Assembly: GCA_002633005.1 (NCBI GenBank)
Contig: NMRA01000078.1
Location: 62,001 to 126,000, forward strand
Reading direction: 5' to 3'
Origin: Phoronis australis
Taxonomy: Eukaryota > Animalia > Phoronida
Length of the DNA stretch: 64,000 nucleotides
A program made the position numbers and the translations under genes. Numbering within the stretch: the first letter of the stretch is position 1; each line of letters opens with the position of its first letter. This document shows positions 62,290-64,000 of the stretch, one piece after another. The notes beneath the pieces are model-generated. The model ran no database searches. It worked only from the letters and a program-made list of their open reading frames with translations, and was not told the DNA's origin.

Positions 62290-63792
62290 AATCCGCATTA
62301 TTGATGTTTATCATTTTATTAGATAAATAGAACATATTATATAATAAATATATTTACTTATTAGTACAACAATTATTACAACAACTGCACCGTAATAATT
62401 AATATGTAACAATAATAACCCCGTGAACAACATTGATTTACAGTGACATTTTTATATCAAAGCCAACAACAATTATACATATATACATAAGTGTAGTACT
62501 TTTGTGTAGCTTTACAAACTGCATTGTTGTTTACAAAAGCACAAAATAAATAGTGAAAAGGTCAGCAAGGTTGAACTGTATCAAAAACAAAAGTACAACT
62601 TATTGTCAGTAAACATCTATGATACAACTACTACATCATGGGTTGGAACTTTCACCACTAGATGTCACTACAGTCAGTCACAACCAATGATGAAAAAAGT
62701 GTGGGAAATATGTGCCACTACACGTTACCCAAATTTTTTTATTTTAAGGCTGGAACTTTATGTCAAAGGACATTTTTAACTCACTTTAAGAAACCAGCTA
62801 GAATATTTGTACCACTTTCAATGTTGTCTGTCTCTCTAAAGGTAATTGCTGGTGAAAAAATTTTCACTTTGCCAGTTTTCAGGTACCTATCCTAGATATT
62901 AGGACCGAGGAGGGTACAACAGTGAATGTAACATAAGAAGCGCTTTAGTTCCTCTACATTTTTGACAAAGTTTAGTAAAGGCCCATTTACTTATGACTAT
63001 TGAAGCCTTACACCACACAGTGTAATTTAACAGGGGTCCAGAGGGCCTGGTCCCCCGGTATGTCTGAAAAAAATAGCAACGGGTGTGCAACTACTTGTTT
63101 GCAATGCGTTATCAACAAGGTCAGTTTCTAGTTTTGTGTGAGACGACAGCTAAATATAAAGGGGAGTTAACTACTAATACCAGAACTGCCTGAGAGAACA
63201 AACTTACCGTCTCTTTACCCACAGGAACATTTTGGTGCAATTCAATTGAATGAGAACACCAGCACCACCTAGTGTCACTTCTACACACTATTAAACAACA
63301 AACAAACCCCAAAGAGGGGTACTCATGTTACTGGCACACCCTGCACAAAGTAAAAGTGAGGTCAACATTCAGCTGATCTACTCTCAGTCACCATTCGCCT
63401 TCAAATTTGAAAACAAGTCAGATTCTTTAACTATACGCTAATGTCATGGCTCTGCGCGAAGTCATTTGATTGTTCAGCACGAACTATCTACTGTAAAAAT
63501 TTTTCAGTTTAGGACGCAATATGGCATACAGGTGAAATTTCAGTTTGTCAAATTGCTTGACAAAAATAACACTTCAGGAAAATTTACTTTGCTTTTACCA
63601 TGGTTTGTATGGTGTAGCTATTACTAAACAACATTTGGAAAAATTTGTGCATTTGCAACAACTTGGTGGAAAGTAGGAAAATAGCGCTTTTAGCCATTTC
63701 TTTGTCCCAAATTGAAGAATTTGTACAATAAATTGGAAGGGACCTTCTAATGATATGATGATGGCAATGACCGGTCAACCAATGGGATGCGA
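62290..63792 (-). promoter_or_regulatory. Probable VGLL4 3' UTR with polyadenylation signal
   Basis: AU/GU-rich minus strand downstream of the stop; AATAAA at 62320-62315; Pumilio-type TGTATATA at 62487-62480; no transposon seen within it. Confidence 0.6.
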
Positions 63793-64000
63793 CTAGGAGA
63801 GCACTGTGGGAAACTGAGCTGCCGGTGACGAAGGTTTGCGTTCTGTGTCTGCCTTGATCTGCAACCACTTATCGCCGAGCGCCTTAGTGAAGTGGTCGTC
63901 GACTGACCCAGCTAGTGACCCTGGCTCTGACGATCGTTTCTGGGCCTGTAACTCCGTCCACGTTGTTCCCAACGCTCGGGCAAAATGGTCGTCAACTGAG
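63793..64000 (-). CDS. VGLL4: Vestigial-like 4 / Tgi, C-terminal end (gene continues beyond window)
   Basis: Frame from 63999: SVDDHFARALGTTWTELQAQKRSSEPGSLAGSVDDHFTKALGDKWLQIKADTERKPSSPAAQFPTVLS*; two TONDU motifs (VDDHFxxALGxxW). Not in the ORF track because no start codon lies in the window. Confidence 0.95.
   Translation of the reverse strand, partial: SVDDHFARALGTTWTELQAQKRSSEPGSLAGSVDDHFTKALGDKWLQIKADTERKPSSPAAQFPTVLS

Overview
Eukaryotic (metazoan, probably marine invertebrate) genomic DNA, intron- and repeat-rich, from a draft assembly. Several single-N junctions are flanked by near-identical tandem duplications that look like haplotype or contig-overlap artefacts. Three host genes are supported. 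(1) A + strand gene with a short start exon (8350-8395) spliced over a ~16.6 kb intron to one large exon (25050-27526), encoding a protein with a CxxC-x12-H-x3-C zinc finger and several SUMO-interacting-like motifs. (2) A - strand CUB-like single-pass membrane protein (exons 50571-50312, 48110-47972, 46970-46785/46744). (3) The 3' end of VGLL4/Tgi (two TONDU motifs, 63793-64000) with a ~1.5 kb 3' UTR. The rest is dense in non-autonomous transposons, often nested: Harbinger-type MITEs (CWG TSD), hAT-like elements with 5-bp TSDs and an internal tRNA-like box A/B, TTAA-flanked Kolobok-like elements with decayed THAP domains, a Transib-like foldback, a hairpin element whose interior is complementary to its joined ends, and two Penelope-like retroelement remnants with inverted ends carrying hammerhead motifs. 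I found no prokaryotic system, CRISPR array, rRNA or intact tRNA. All calls come from reading the sequence by eye; no searches were run.
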